Below, in pieces: positions 21,228 to 30,519 of a stretch of 64,000 nt of DNA. The stretch covers positions 135,625 through 199,624 of the forward strand of contig JBEKFE010000004.1 of the NCBI GenBank assembly GCA_050013475.1, given 5' to 3'. The position numbers and the translations under genes are program-made. Position 1 is the stretch's first letter. Every line of letters starts with the position of its first letter. Origin of the DNA: Bacteroidales bacterium. GTDB taxonomy: Bacteria; Bacteroidota; Bacteroidia; Bacteroidales; VadinHA17. The notes under the pieces were generated by a model. The model had not been told where the DNA came from. It was given only the letters and a program-made list of their open reading frames with translations, and ran no database searches.

Positions 21228-22564
21228 GCAGCAGGTTCTCCGAACTATACACGGAAAATATCGGTAAGATAACCGGTATATCCTCACCCTATATCAATTC
21301 TTTCAGGAAATCAGCCATAGAAAAATATAACTCACTGGGCATTCCTACAAGGAAAAATGAGGCCTACAGATATACCAATCTCGATGTTTTCTTTAAGCAC
21401 GAATACAAGAGTTATTTTATTCCTGTCCCATCCGATTTTATTAAAGCAGAGCAGTTCAGGTGTGACATAAATGATCTTGATGCGCATGGGCTGGTACTTC
21501 TTAACGGGTTCTACCCTACACTGTCCAATAAGCTGCAGCAATTGCCAAGCGGAGTATGGGTCGGCAGCCTGAATGAAGCTGCAAAAAAATTCCCCGACCT
21601 TATCGAGAAGCATTATGGAAAATATGCCGGAAGCGAAACCGACGGGCTGGTTCATCTTAACACAGCGATGGCATCAGATGGGGTTTTTGTTTACGTCCCC
21701 AAAGGCGTTATACCCGATAAGCCAATTCAGGTAGTTGACCTGGTAGAATCGGATGTCGATATGTTCAACCAGCACAGGAATCTTATAATAGTTGATGAGA
21801 ATGCGGAAATTACTTTGATCATATGTGATCACACCCTCTCGCCACAGAAATTCCTGACAAACGCCGTTACTGAAGTTTTTGTCGGCGAGAATGCCCGTTT
21901 TGACATTATCAGAGTTCAGAATGAACACAATAACGCATGCAAAATAACAAACACCTTCATTCATCAGGAGAAGAATTCCTCAGCCTCTTCAAACAACATT
22001 ACCTTGCATGGAGGGCTCGTAAGGAACAGCACTTATCATTTTCTCAGTGGTGAGGGAGCACAGAGCACCTCATACGGATTGTACCTTGCCGATAAATGGC
22101 AACATATTGATAATTATGTCAATGTTGAGCATCTGGCACCAAACTGTACCAGCAACCAGCTTTTCAAGGGGGTGATAGATGATATGGCTACGGCAGCTTT
22201 CAACGGACGCATTTATGTTGCCAAAGATGCGCAGGGAACATCGGCCTATCAGAGAAACAACAACATACTTCTTACGGATGATGCCAGGATGGATACTAAA
22301 CCACAGCTCGAGATCCACGCCAATGATGTAAAATGCAGTCACGGAGCTACAGTAGGGCAGCTGGATGGGAATGCATTATTCTATCTTCAGTCAAGGGGCA
22401 TCGAAAAACGAGAGGCAAGATTAATGCTCATGTTCGGGTTTGCGCATGAAGTGATCGAGAATATCAGGATAGTCCCACTGCGCGATAGAATGGATAACCT
22501 TGTGATGCAACGTCTGAAGGGAGAGTTGTCGAGATGTGCAAGCTGCATGGTGAAATGCGGATGA
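21206..22564 (+). CDS. sufD: Fe-S cluster assembly protein SufD
   Basis: SufBD-family C-terminal region. Lies between sufC and sufS. Overlaps sufC by 22 nt. Confidence 0.85.
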   Translation: MDPRSEISSRFSELYTENIGKITGISSPYINSFRKSAIEKYNSLGIPTRKNEAYRYTNLDVFFKHEYKSYFIPVPSDFIKAEQFRCDINDLDAHGLVLLNGFYPTLSNKLQQLPSGVWVGSLNEAAKKFPDLIEKHYGKYAGSETDGLVHLNTAMASDGVFVYVPKGVIPDKPIQVVDLVESDVDMFNQHRNLIIVDENAEITLIICDHTLSPQKFLTNAVTEVFVGENARFDIIRVQNEHNNACKITNTFIHQEKNSSASSNNITLHGGLVRNSTYHFLSGEGAQSTSYGLYLADKWQHIDNYVNVEHLAPNCTSNQLFKGVIDDMATAAFNGRIYVAKDAQGTSAYQRNNNILLTDDARMDTKPQLEIHANDVKCSHGATVGQLDGNALFYLQSRGIEKREARLMLMFGFAHEVIENIRIVPLRDRMDNLVMQRLKGELSRCASCMVKCG

Positions 22565-22568
22565 AATT

Positions 22569-23795
22569 ATGGAGAAGGTGAAGGATATCAATGAAATAAG
22601 ATCAGATTTTCCCATTCTCCGGCAGAGGGTTTACGGGAGACAGCTTGTCTATTTCGACAACGGTGCCACATCCCAGAAACCTCAGTGCGTGATCGATGCG
22701 GTTGAAAAGGTCTATTCATCTTATAATGCCAATGTTCACAGGGGCGTGCATGCTCTCAGCGACAAAGTATCGGAAGCCTACGAATCTGCCCGTGAAACCG
22801 TTAGGGATTTTATTAACGCATCAAAGATCCAGGAAATAGTATTTACACCCGGTACCACCGCCTCTATAAATGCCGTCGCCTTTTCTTTCGGGGAGAGATA
22901 TATTGAACCCGGTGATGAGATAATAATCAGTAACCTTGAGCATCATGCAAACATCGTTCCATGGCAGATGATGTGTGAAAGGAAGAATGCAGTCCTGAGA
23001 GTGATCCCTGTCGACGACAACGGGCAGATAATCTACGAAGAATATCTGAAGCTGTTGACCGACAAGACAAAGCTTGTTGCCGTTACACAGGTCTCAAATG
23101 CACTTGGGATAATTCTCCCTGTTCATAAAATAATAGGGGCGGCACATGATGCCGGAGTGCCGGTTCTTGTCGATGGCGCCCAGGGCATTCAGCACGGGAT
23201 AGTTGATGTGCGGAAAATGGACTGCGATTTTTATGCCTTTTCAGGTCATAAGATTTACGGGCCAGCCGGGATCGGCGTACTTTACGGAAAGGAAAAATAT
23301 CTTGATGAGCTTCCTCCGTACCAGGGCGGCGGCGACATGGTTGATAAAGTCACGTTTGAAAAGACTACATATAATGAACTTCCCTTTAAATTTGAAGCAG
23401 GTACCCCCAACTATCCGGCTGCGATCGGTCTGGGTGAAGCCCTCAGATATGTTACCGGTTTGGGGCGGGAAAATATAGCCGCGTCGGAAAAAGTACTTCT
23501 CGATTATGCCACATTGAAGCTTGGAGAGACAGAAGGGCTGAGAATATTCGGGAAATCAGATAAAAAAATCTCTATAATATCTTTCCTCCTGGACCATATT
23601 CACCAGTACGATGCAGGCATGATCCTAGATAAGCTTGGTATTGCGGTAAGAACTGGCACCCATTGTGCACAGCCTGTGATGGACAGGTTCGGGATCGAAG
23701 GCACTATAAGGGCATCAATGTGTTTTTATAATACGATGGAGGAGATCGACATGCTGGTCAACGGGATAAAAAAGGTCATAGAAATGTTTTCTTAG
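22569..23795 (+). CDS. sufS: cysteine desulfurase SufS
   Basis: Class V aminotransferase with PLP-lysine context SGHKIYGP and a catalytic Cys region (RTGTHCAQP). Confidence 0.95.
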   Translation: MEKVKDINEIRSDFPILRQRVYGRQLVYFDNGATSQKPQCVIDAVEKVYSSYNANVHRGVHALSDKVSEAYESARETVRDFINASKIQEIVFTPGTTASINAVAFSFGERYIEPGDEIIISNLEHHANIVPWQMMCERKNAVLRVIPVDDNGQIIYEEYLKLLTDKTKLVAVTQVSNALGIILPVHKIIGAAHDAGVPVLVDGAQGIQHGIVDVRKMDCDFYAFSGHKIYGPAGIGVLYGKEKYLDELPPYQGGGDMVDKVTFEKTTYNELPFKFEAGTPNYPAAIGLGEALRYVTGLGRENIAASEKVLLDYATLKLGETEGLRIFGKSDKKISIISFLLDHIHQYDAGMILDKLGIAVRTGTHCAQPVMDRFGIEGTIRASMCFYNTMEEIDMLVNGIKKVIEMFS

Positions 23796-23801
23796 CTTGT
23801 G

Positions 23802-24233
23802 ATGGAACTTAATGAAATTCAGAACAGCATAATTGAGGATTTTTCTGTCTTTGACGACTGGATGGATAAATACAATTATCTGATTGAGATCGGCAGGGAT
23901 CTGCCAGTTATTGATCCCCGCTATAAGATCAGGGATTACCTGATCGAAGGCTGCCAGTCGAAGGTGTGGCTATATCCCGAATTTGACGGAAATATCATTA
24001 AATTTACTGCTGACAGCGATGCTATTATAACCCGGGGGATAGTATCACTTCTCATTAAAGTCTTATCCGGAAGAACCCCGGAGGAGATAATGAAGGCCGA
24101 TCTCTTTTTCATTGACAGGATAGGATTAAGGCAGAACCTTTCTCCGACAAGATCAAACGGGCTACTTTCAATGGTAAAGCAGATGAAGCTTTATGCAATG
24201 GCTTTTGACATACGGAGCAAAAAACAAAACTGA
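23802..24233 (+). CDS. sufE: SufE-family sulfur acceptor protein
   Basis: Conserved EGCQSKVW cysteine motif, about 140 aa, follows sufS. Confidence 0.8.
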   Translation: MELNEIQNSIIEDFSVFDDWMDKYNYLIEIGRDLPVIDPRYKIRDYLIEGCQSKVWLYPEFDGNIIKFTADSDAIITRGIVSLLIKVLSGRTPEEIMKADLFFIDRIGLRQNLSPTRSNGLLSMVKQMKLYAMAFDIRSKKQN

Positions 24234-24238
24234 TCGTT

Positions 24239-24559
24239 ATGGATTTCGCAGAAAAACTTGAAACAGAATCACGGATAGTGGATGTGCTTAAATCTGTTTA
24301 TGACCCTGAGATTCCGGTAAATATATATGATCTGGGACTTATCTATGAGGTTGATCTTGACGACGAACAGGTGGCTCACATCACAATGACCCTGACAGCT
24401 CCGAACTGTCCGATGGCAGAAGATCTTGTTGAGGAGGTAAAATACAAGGTCGCCGGGACAAAGGGTGTGAAAGAGTGCGACCTCAAGCTTACATTTTCAC
24501 CCCCATGGGATAAAAGTATGCTATCAGACGCCGCAAAACTGGAACTGGGTTTCCTTTAA
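24239..24559 (+). CDS. DUF59 (SufT-like) Fe-S assembly protein
   Basis: MTLTAPNCPMAE motif typical of DUF59, 106 aa, located in the suf operon. Confidence 0.7.
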   Translation: MDFAEKLETESRIVDVLKSVYDPEIPVNIYDLGLIYEVDLDDEQVAHITMTLTAPNCPMAEDLVEEVKYKVAGTKGVKECDLKLTFSPPWDKSMLSDAAKLELGFL

Positions 24560-24572
24560 CAAATATTCATCC

Positions 24573-25511
24573 ATGGAAAAAGGGGACAAACTGTCTGAGT
24601 TTATAAAGCAGAAGGCTCTCGCCTTAGGTTTTGACATGTGCGGAATAGCACGCTCAAGGGCAATGACAGAGGTTGAACCTGTTTTAAGAAAATGGTGTGA
24701 ATCGGGGATGAATGACACCATGAAATACCTGCAAAGGGATATTAATAAAAGAGTCGATCCCGGGATCCTTTTTCCGGAAGCCCGTTCAGTTATTGTAACC
24801 GGGATGAATTATTATTCCGTAGAAGGGCAGAAATCGCCCGGAGTACCTCTTCTTTCGAGATATGCTTATGGCAGCAGGTACCAGGATGTAATAATGGAAA
24901 AGCTTGAGCAATTACTCGAGTCTGTAAAAGCCATCTATCCGCAGGCAGAGGGGAAGGCAGTCTGTGATACAGCTCCCATGCTTGAAAAAAGATGGGCTGT
25001 GGAGGCCGGACTCGGATGGCAGGGCAGGCACACAATAGTTATAAACAGGAAAATTGGATCTTTCTTTTTCATAGGTCTTCTGATAATGAACCTTGAAATG
25101 GAATATGATAAACCCCTGTCAAGAGATTATTGCGGAGAATGCCGTTTATGTATTGATGGGTGCCCGACCGGAGCTATAAACAGCAATTGCACAATCGATG
25201 CAAGAAAATGCATATCCAATCTCACTATTGAAAACAGGGATCCCTTGAAGGAAGAGATGATCCCTTTCCTGGGCGGGAGGGTTTATGCCTGCGACAAGTG
25301 CCAGGAGGTGTGCCCATGGAACAGGTTTGCAAGGCAACACAATCACCCTGAATTCGAAATATCTCCTGAACTGGCAGAGATGACAAGAGATGAGTGGGCA
25401 TCTCTTACTGAAGAAAAATTCAATAAGCTTTTTTCTGCAACACCCGTAGGCAGGGTGAAATTCGAACGTTTCAAAAGCAATATCGCTGCAGTTCTAAAAT
25501 CCTTGGTGTAA
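24573..25511 (+). CDS. queG: epoxyqueuosine reductase
   Basis: Two ferredoxin-type clusters (CGECRLCIDGCP, CDKCQEVCPWN) and a QueG-type N-terminus. Confidence 0.85.
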   Translation: MEKGDKLSEFIKQKALALGFDMCGIARSRAMTEVEPVLRKWCESGMNDTMKYLQRDINKRVDPGILFPEARSVIVTGMNYYSVEGQKSPGVPLLSRYAYGSRYQDVIMEKLEQLLESVKAIYPQAEGKAVCDTAPMLEKRWAVEAGLGWQGRHTIVINRKIGSFFFIGLLIMNLEMEYDKPLSRDYCGECRLCIDGCPTGAINSNCTIDARKCISNLTIENRDPLKEEMIPFLGGRVYACDKCQEVCPWNRFARQHNHPEFEISPELAEMTRDEWASLTEEKFNKLFSATPVGRVKFERFKSNIAAVLKSLV

Positions 25512-25656
25512 CTTAGTGCCTTTGTGTCTTTGTGGCAAAAGAAACCACTGGCAAGACACTCTTCCCACGTGTAATACTTCAGAATTCCGGTAATACATTT
25601 TGATATGTTTTTACCGTACCTTTAATATTTCGTCTTATAATCAGAAAACATTTTAA

Positions 25657-26202
25657 TTGATTGAAAAGGAAACAATAGAACAATGCCGCAAAGGTAATCT
25701 GCAGGATTTCAGAAAGATTGTTGAATATTCCTCCCCCCTTGCTTTTTCAGTGGCTCTGAGGATGCTGGGCGATGAGGAAGATGCGATGGATATAGTTCAG
25801 GAAAGCATGATAACGATCTGGAAAAAAATAAAAAGGATCAACTCACCTGCGAGCTTTAAGGCCTGGATGTACAGGATTGTTTTAAATAAATGCTACGATG
25901 AACTTCGCAAAAGAAAGAGAAACCCTGAAAAGGTTGCTGATGAATCGACCTGGAAAATTTTGTCCGAAAGAATCTCGGAAAACCCGGGCCGGCAGGCAGA
26001 TAATAAAGAAACCGCAATGATAATAATGGCACTTACAGAGAAGCTGAGTCCCAAGCAAAAGGCTGTTTTCATTCTGGCCGATATCGAGGAGATGCCGGGT
26101 GATGAGATAAGCAGGATAACGGGGATGACAAGAATCAATATAAAGGCAAACCTTTATTATGCCAGGAAAAGGATCGGTGAAATGATTGTAAATTATTTAT
26201 AG
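25657..26202 (+). CDS. RNA polymerase ECF-type sigma factor
   Basis: Sigma-70 region 2 (DIVQESMITIWKK) and a region 4 HTH (EISRITGMTRINIKANLYYARKR). TTG start. Confidence 0.85.
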   Translation: MIEKETIEQCRKGNLQDFRKIVEYSSPLAFSVALRMLGDEEDAMDIVQESMITIWKKIKRINSPASFKAWMYRIVLNKCYDELRKRKRNPEKVADESTWKILSERISENPGRQADNKETAMIIMALTEKLSPKQKAVFILADIEEMPGDEISRITGMTRINIKANLYYARKRIGEMIVNYL

Positions 26203-26203
26203 G

Positions 26204-26746
26204 ATGAATTCGAGGGAAAGAAAATATGGTGCAGTGATGGAACTGCTGAGAAGATCAAAACCTGTAATGAGGGATCAGGAGACTTTTCCTGAAAAGGTAA
26301 TACTGGAAATAAAAAACGGGAAGCCCTCTGCAGATATGTTTGACATGATAAATGATTACCTGTTCGGTTGGGTTTATATCGGGTGGGTACGAAGAAGCCT
26401 TATCGCTGTTTCATTTGCGATCCTGCTGGTATTTGTTTACCAGCAATCAGTTATTCTGCGACGCATAAATGATATTGACCATCAGGGGATATTGCCCAGC
26501 ACCCGGCTTGTGCCTGAATTGAATGACAGGCTGGATATGAAGTTGCTTTATCAGCATGCAAAATACACACTTCCCGTAAAAGAAAGGGCTCTCACGGAAA
26601 GGCAGGTTGATGAGCTTATTGAGTCTTTCAATGAACTGCAAATAAAGTACATGGATATCCTTAAGGTTATAAAGGAGGATCCTGAACTTAAGAACTATAT
26701 TGAAAAGAAGCTTAGCCGGAATGACCGGAAAAAACTTAATTTATAA
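26204..26746 (+). CDS. single-pass membrane protein, candidate anti-sigma factor
   Basis: Starts 1 nt after the sigma stop. One TM segment (SLIAVSFAILLVFVY). No recognised domain. Confidence 0.45.
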   Translation: MNSRERKYGAVMELLRRSKPVMRDQETFPEKVILEIKNGKPSADMFDMINDYLFGWVYIGWVRRSLIAVSFAILLVFVYQQSVILRRINDIDHQGILPSTRLVPELNDRLDMKLLYQHAKYTLPVKERALTERQVDELIESFNELQIKYMDILKVIKEDPELKNYIEKKLSRNDRKKLNL

Positions 26747-26750
26747 AAGT

Positions 26751-27800
26751 ATGAAAAGAATTAATTTAAAGCTGGCTGTCACCTTTCTGACCATTATTAC
26801 TTTTTCCTGTAATGAACCGGAGACAGTAGTTACCGATATCGTTCACACCGATGGATCTGTAACAAGAAAGATCGAAATGAAAAATTCAAAAAATAATTTT
26901 TCAATGAAAGACCTGCAGGTTCCTTTCGACAGTACCTGGGCGATAAAAGACTCGCTTGAAATAAATAAGAAGGGAGATACCACATGGGTCAAGCGTGCTG
27001 AAAAGCTCTTTGCGACTATCGAAGATCTGAATGTGACCTATAAAAGAGACAGCGGACATAACAAAGATGCCGTAAGACATACTGAATTCAGGAAGCAATT
27101 CAGGTGGTTCAATACAGATTATATTTTTTCAGAGATAATAGATAAGAATCTGAAATTCGGGTATCCTGTCTCAGATTTCCTTAATAAAGAGGAGCTTAAT
27201 TTTTATTATTCTCCCGGAAAACTGAATGATGAAAAGCTAATGGGAGCTGACAGTCTGAAATATAAAGCCCTCAAAGATACGATTGATAAGAAAAAGGATA
27301 GGTGGACTTATAAATCACTTGTTTCGGAATGGATCGGTGAGTTTAATAGAATAGCTCCTCCAAGGAGCGGGAAGGAGATGAGTTTTGAAACTCTTAAGGG
27401 GAGAGAAAATGAATTCGTGAAATCTATTGAAAAATATTCAAAAGGCTTCGATAGCCTTTGGGCCAACGGCATTATTCTCAGAGATCTATTCGGTGATACA
27501 AACGCCCTAAAGTACAGATCTTATGCAGATTCTGCCATGAACGTTGCGACAAAGCGGTTGTTGATCTCATTCAATAATTATTCGTTACGGATCATCATGC
27601 CAGGCAGGCTGACAGGGACCAACGGGTTCATTGACAGCAGCCATGTTCTGCTCTGGCCGGTGCAATCGGATTATTTCCTGACCGAACCATACAGGATGTG
27701 GGCTGAATCCAAAACGACAAATAAATGGGCCTGGGTAGTGACAGGACTGTTTCTGGTTTTTGTAGCTGCCGGGTTAATAATCAGGAAAATAAAGAGTTAG
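26751..27800 (+). CDS. lipoprotein with C-terminal TM anchor, function unknown
   Basis: Lipobox-like ITFSC after a signal peptide (ATG 26751). C-terminal hydrophobic helix WAWVVTGLFLVFVAAGLII. Confidence 0.55.
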   Translation: MKRINLKLAVTFLTIITFSCNEPETVVTDIVHTDGSVTRKIEMKNSKNNFSMKDLQVPFDSTWAIKDSLEINKKGDTTWVKRAEKLFATIEDLNVTYKRDSGHNKDAVRHTEFRKQFRWFNTDYIFSEIIDKNLKFGYPVSDFLNKEELNFYYSPGKLNDEKLMGADSLKYKALKDTIDKKKDRWTYKSLVSEWIGEFNRIAPPRSGKEMSFETLKGRENEFVKSIEKYSKGFDSLWANGIILRDLFGDTNALKYRSYADSAMNVATKRLLISFNNYSLRIIMPGRLTGTNGFIDSSHVLLWPVQSDYFLTEPYRMWAESKTTNKWAWVVTGLFLVFVAAGLIIRKIKS

Positions 27801-27806
27801 GATCAC

Positions 27807-27857
27807 GTCAAAACATGTAGAGACGCCCAATTTGAGCGTCTCTACAGATGTTTTGAC
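27807..27857. terminator. bidirectional terminator hairpin containing the TGTAGAGACG...CGTCTCTACA element
   Basis: An 11-bp core stem (27816-27826 / 27836-27846) plus a 9-bp outer stem GTCAAAACA / TGTTTTGAC, between convergent genes. Confidence 0.7.
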
Positions 27858-27869
27858 AAATTGGCTTTC

Positions 27870-28376
27870 CTAATTATCATAATCCTTCAGCATCAGCATT
27901 AGCTTCTGACGGGTGAAGAATATCCTGCTCTTTACAGTGCCTATTTTAAGTCCAAGCTCATCAGCTATCTCTTTATATTTATAGCCATTGATATGCATCC
28001 TGAACGGTATCCTGAACTCATCATTCAGTGAATTAATAGCTTTTTCGATCTCCTCTTCGGCGTATGATGATTCAGGGGAGATAAAACCTTTATCATGGGG
28101 CATATTTACATAATAAAGATCCTGTGTAACGTCAATAAGCGTGTTCTCCTTTACATTTCGCCTGTAATTATTTATAAAGGTATTCTTCATTATGGTGAAG
28201 ACCCATGCCTTAAGATTGGTAAAGTCAACGAATTTATCCTTGTAAGTGATCGCCTTCAGATATGTATCTTGTACAAGATCGAGGGCACTGTCGCGATCGG
28301 AAGTCAGACTCATTGCAAATCTGTGCATGTTGGTTTTCATTCCGATCAGGCTGCTTGTAAATTCCTGTGTTGTCAT
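27870..28376 (-). CDS. sigma-70 family (ECF-like) RNA polymerase sigma factor
   Basis: Region 2 (DLVQDTYLKAI) and region 4 (YKEIADELGLKIGTVKSRIFFTRQKL). ATG 28376 preferred. Confidence 0.85.
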   Translation of the reverse strand: MTTQEFTSSLIGMKTNMHRFAMSLTSDRDSALDLVQDTYLKAITYKDKFVDFTNLKAWVFTIMKNTFINNYRRNVKENTLIDVTQDLYYVNMPHDKGFISPESSYAEEEIEKAINSLNDEFRIPFRMHINGYKYKEIADELGLKIGTVKSRIFFTRQKLMLMLKDYDN

Positions 28377-28405
28377 AATTGTTTTGTCTGAGTTGGTTGT
28401 TGAAG

Positions 28406-28413
28406 CAAATCTA
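28406..28413 (-). promoter_or_regulatory. putative -7 box (TAGATTTG on minus strand)
   Basis: TAnnTTTG match 29 nt upstream of the ATG at 28376. Confidence 0.35.
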
Positions 28414-28582
28414 TACAGAAAGAAAAGGATAAGCAAATCTTAATATCTTAAAATCGTTTAAATCTAACAGATATCTAAATAAGGATATTAATGAAATGAC
28501 AGATTAACAGTATTATAGGAAGGTTATTGGATTTTTTGTACAAATTGCATATAAATAGAAGCCAGTCATTTTCGCAATTTTA

Positions 28583-28601
28583 TCTTAACATTTCTTTAAC
28601 A
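28583..28601 (+). promoter_or_regulatory. TCTTAAC-N3-TCTTTAACA phased direct repeat (motif family, copy b)
   Basis: tcttaacatttctttaaca, with half-sites 10-11 nt apart. See the finding at 42481. Confidence 0.4.
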
Positions 28602-28668
28602 ATTATTCCTTTTATTTCAGGTAATAATGTTTATTTATCCATCTTTTGTAACTTTAAGAAAAAAAGAG

Positions 28669-29487
28669 ATGGATATTAATATCAGGCTTTCAAATGGTCT
28701 TATCCTTCGCGGTTTGATCAGTAGTCCGGGCAGCCACCTGCAGGCCGGAATTATTCTTGTTCACGGGCTTGGAGAGCATATTGGCCGTTACTCGCTGCTT
28801 ATTAAAAAGCTGAATGATGAAGGTATCGCCCTTACAGCAGTTGACCTGCCCGGTCATGGAAGATCTGACGGCAAAAGGGGTGTCATAAAGAGCTATTCGC
28901 TCATTCATGAAATGATCGATACTCTTTGCCACGAATTTCAGAAGACATTTCCGGGGGTTCCTCTTTTCCTTTATGGCCAGAGCCTCGGAGGTGGTATGGT
29001 CCTTGAATATTTAATTTCTGCAAAACCCGATTTAAGAGGTGCAGTGGCAATGTCACCCTGGCTCAGCCTCTCTTTTGAACCTTCCAGGACAAAAAAAATT
29101 CTTGCAGGAATAATGAAAAGCATACTTCCTTCACTCGTTCAGCCTTCAGGTCTTGTGGCTGACGATCTCTCACATGACAGGTCAGCGGTCGAAAAATATG
29201 TAAGAGATCCGCTGGTTCACGACAGAATATCAGTCAGCCTGTTTCACAATGCCGTTTCGGCTGGCAGGTTCACGCTTGAAAATGCCGCATCCATCCAAAT
29301 TCCCGTATTGTTGATGCATGGCTCAGAGGACCAGATCACATCGCCCGATGGAAGCCGGCAGGTCGCTTCGAAATCAAACCTGGCGGAAATTAAGATATGG
29401 GAAGGCGGATATCATGAACTTCTTAATGAACCTTTCTGTGAGGAGGTATATTTGTATATCATAAGCTGGATAAAAAATCATTTGTGA
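28669..29487 (+). CDS. alpha/beta hydrolase (lysophospholipase / monoacylglycerol lipase-like)
   Basis: HGLGEH oxyanion region, GQSLGG nucleophile elbow, C-terminal GGYHEL. Start is 28669 or 28627. Confidence 0.8.
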   Translation: MDINIRLSNGLILRGLISSPGSHLQAGIILVHGLGEHIGRYSLLIKKLNDEGIALTAVDLPGHGRSDGKRGVIKSYSLIHEMIDTLCHEFQKTFPGVPLFLYGQSLGGGMVLEYLISAKPDLRGAVAMSPWLSLSFEPSRTKKILAGIMKSILPSLVQPSGLVADDLSHDRSAVEKYVRDPLVHDRISVSLFHNAVSAGRFTLENAASIQIPVLLMHGSEDQITSPDGSRQVASKSNLAEIKIWEGGYHELLNEPFCEEVYLYIISWIKNHL

Positions 29488-29508
29488 TCCTGAAACCAAT
29501 TTTACCTT

Positions 29509-30501
29509 ATGAATCTCCGGACAACTTTTAAGATCGACCCCTCCAGGCATAAAATAAGCTATGCCACCCCGGTAATGTTCACCGGTTCATGCTTTGCGTC
29601 GGAAATGGGAGAGAAAATGGCGGAAGGCAAGATGAAGGTGTTTGTAAATCCCTCAGGCACAGTCTATAACCCGGTATCAATAAGCAATACTATCAGGCTT
29701 GTCACAGAGAACAGAATACTCAGGGTAGAAGATCTCTTTCCATATAAAGACAGGTATATCAGTCTCCTTCATTATACTGATTTCACATCAGATAATGCTG
29801 ATGAGACCCTTAATAAAATAAACAGGTTCACCTCAAAGGCTCATCAGTTTCTGAAAGAGGCCTCCTTTCTTTTTATCACCTTCGGAACTTCAAGGATATA
29901 CAGGCTGGTGAAGTCGGGAGAAATAGTTTCAAACTGTCATAAGCTTCCTTCGGAAATATTCCGGCAGGATATTCTTTCTGCAGAAGAGATCGTATCACTC
30001 TGGATGCAGCTTCTCGACATGCTGAACACCTTTAACAAAAAACTACGGGTAATTTTTACAATCAGCCCTGTAAGACACTGGAAGGATGGGGCACACGGAA
30101 ACCAATTAAGTAAATCTATCCTGTTTGTTGCAGTTGAACAGCTTCTGAAGCATCCTTTGGTCGAAGGATATTTCCCTGCCTATGAACTTCTTATGGACGA
30201 TCTTCGTGATTACCGGTATTATGCCGACGATATGCTTCATCCATCACGGACTGCCATTGATTATGTGTGGGATGCCTATACAGGCAATTATTTTGATCCA
30301 GCTGCTCTGGCCATGTGGAGAGAGGTAAATAATATTACCAAATCCATGAAGCACCGGATTTCAGAAAGTTCACCATCTTCAAGGAAAGAATTTGCCACAA
30401 GCATGCTGCAAAAGATCAATGACTTTTGCTCGAAACATCACGAAGTCGATCTTTCAGGGGAGATTACATATTTCCAGGATATTCTTTCTGCCTCCGGGTG
30501 A
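29509..30501 (+). CDS. GSCFA domain-containing protein
   Basis: The eponymous GSCFA motif is present (MFTGSCFASEMG). Confidence 0.8.
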   Translation: MNLRTTFKIDPSRHKISYATPVMFTGSCFASEMGEKMAEGKMKVFVNPSGTVYNPVSISNTIRLVTENRILRVEDLFPYKDRYISLLHYTDFTSDNADETLNKINRFTSKAHQFLKEASFLFITFGTSRIYRLVKSGEIVSNCHKLPSEIFRQDILSAEEIVSLWMQLLDMLNTFNKKLRVIFTISPVRHWKDGAHGNQLSKSILFVAVEQLLKHPLVEGYFPAYELLMDDLRDYRYYADDMLHPSRTAIDYVWDAYTGNYFDPAALAMWREVNNITKSMKHRISESSPSSRKEFATSMLQKINDFCSKHHEVDLSGEITYFQDILSASG

Positions 30502-30519
30502 TACGGACGTCCCCCGGTT

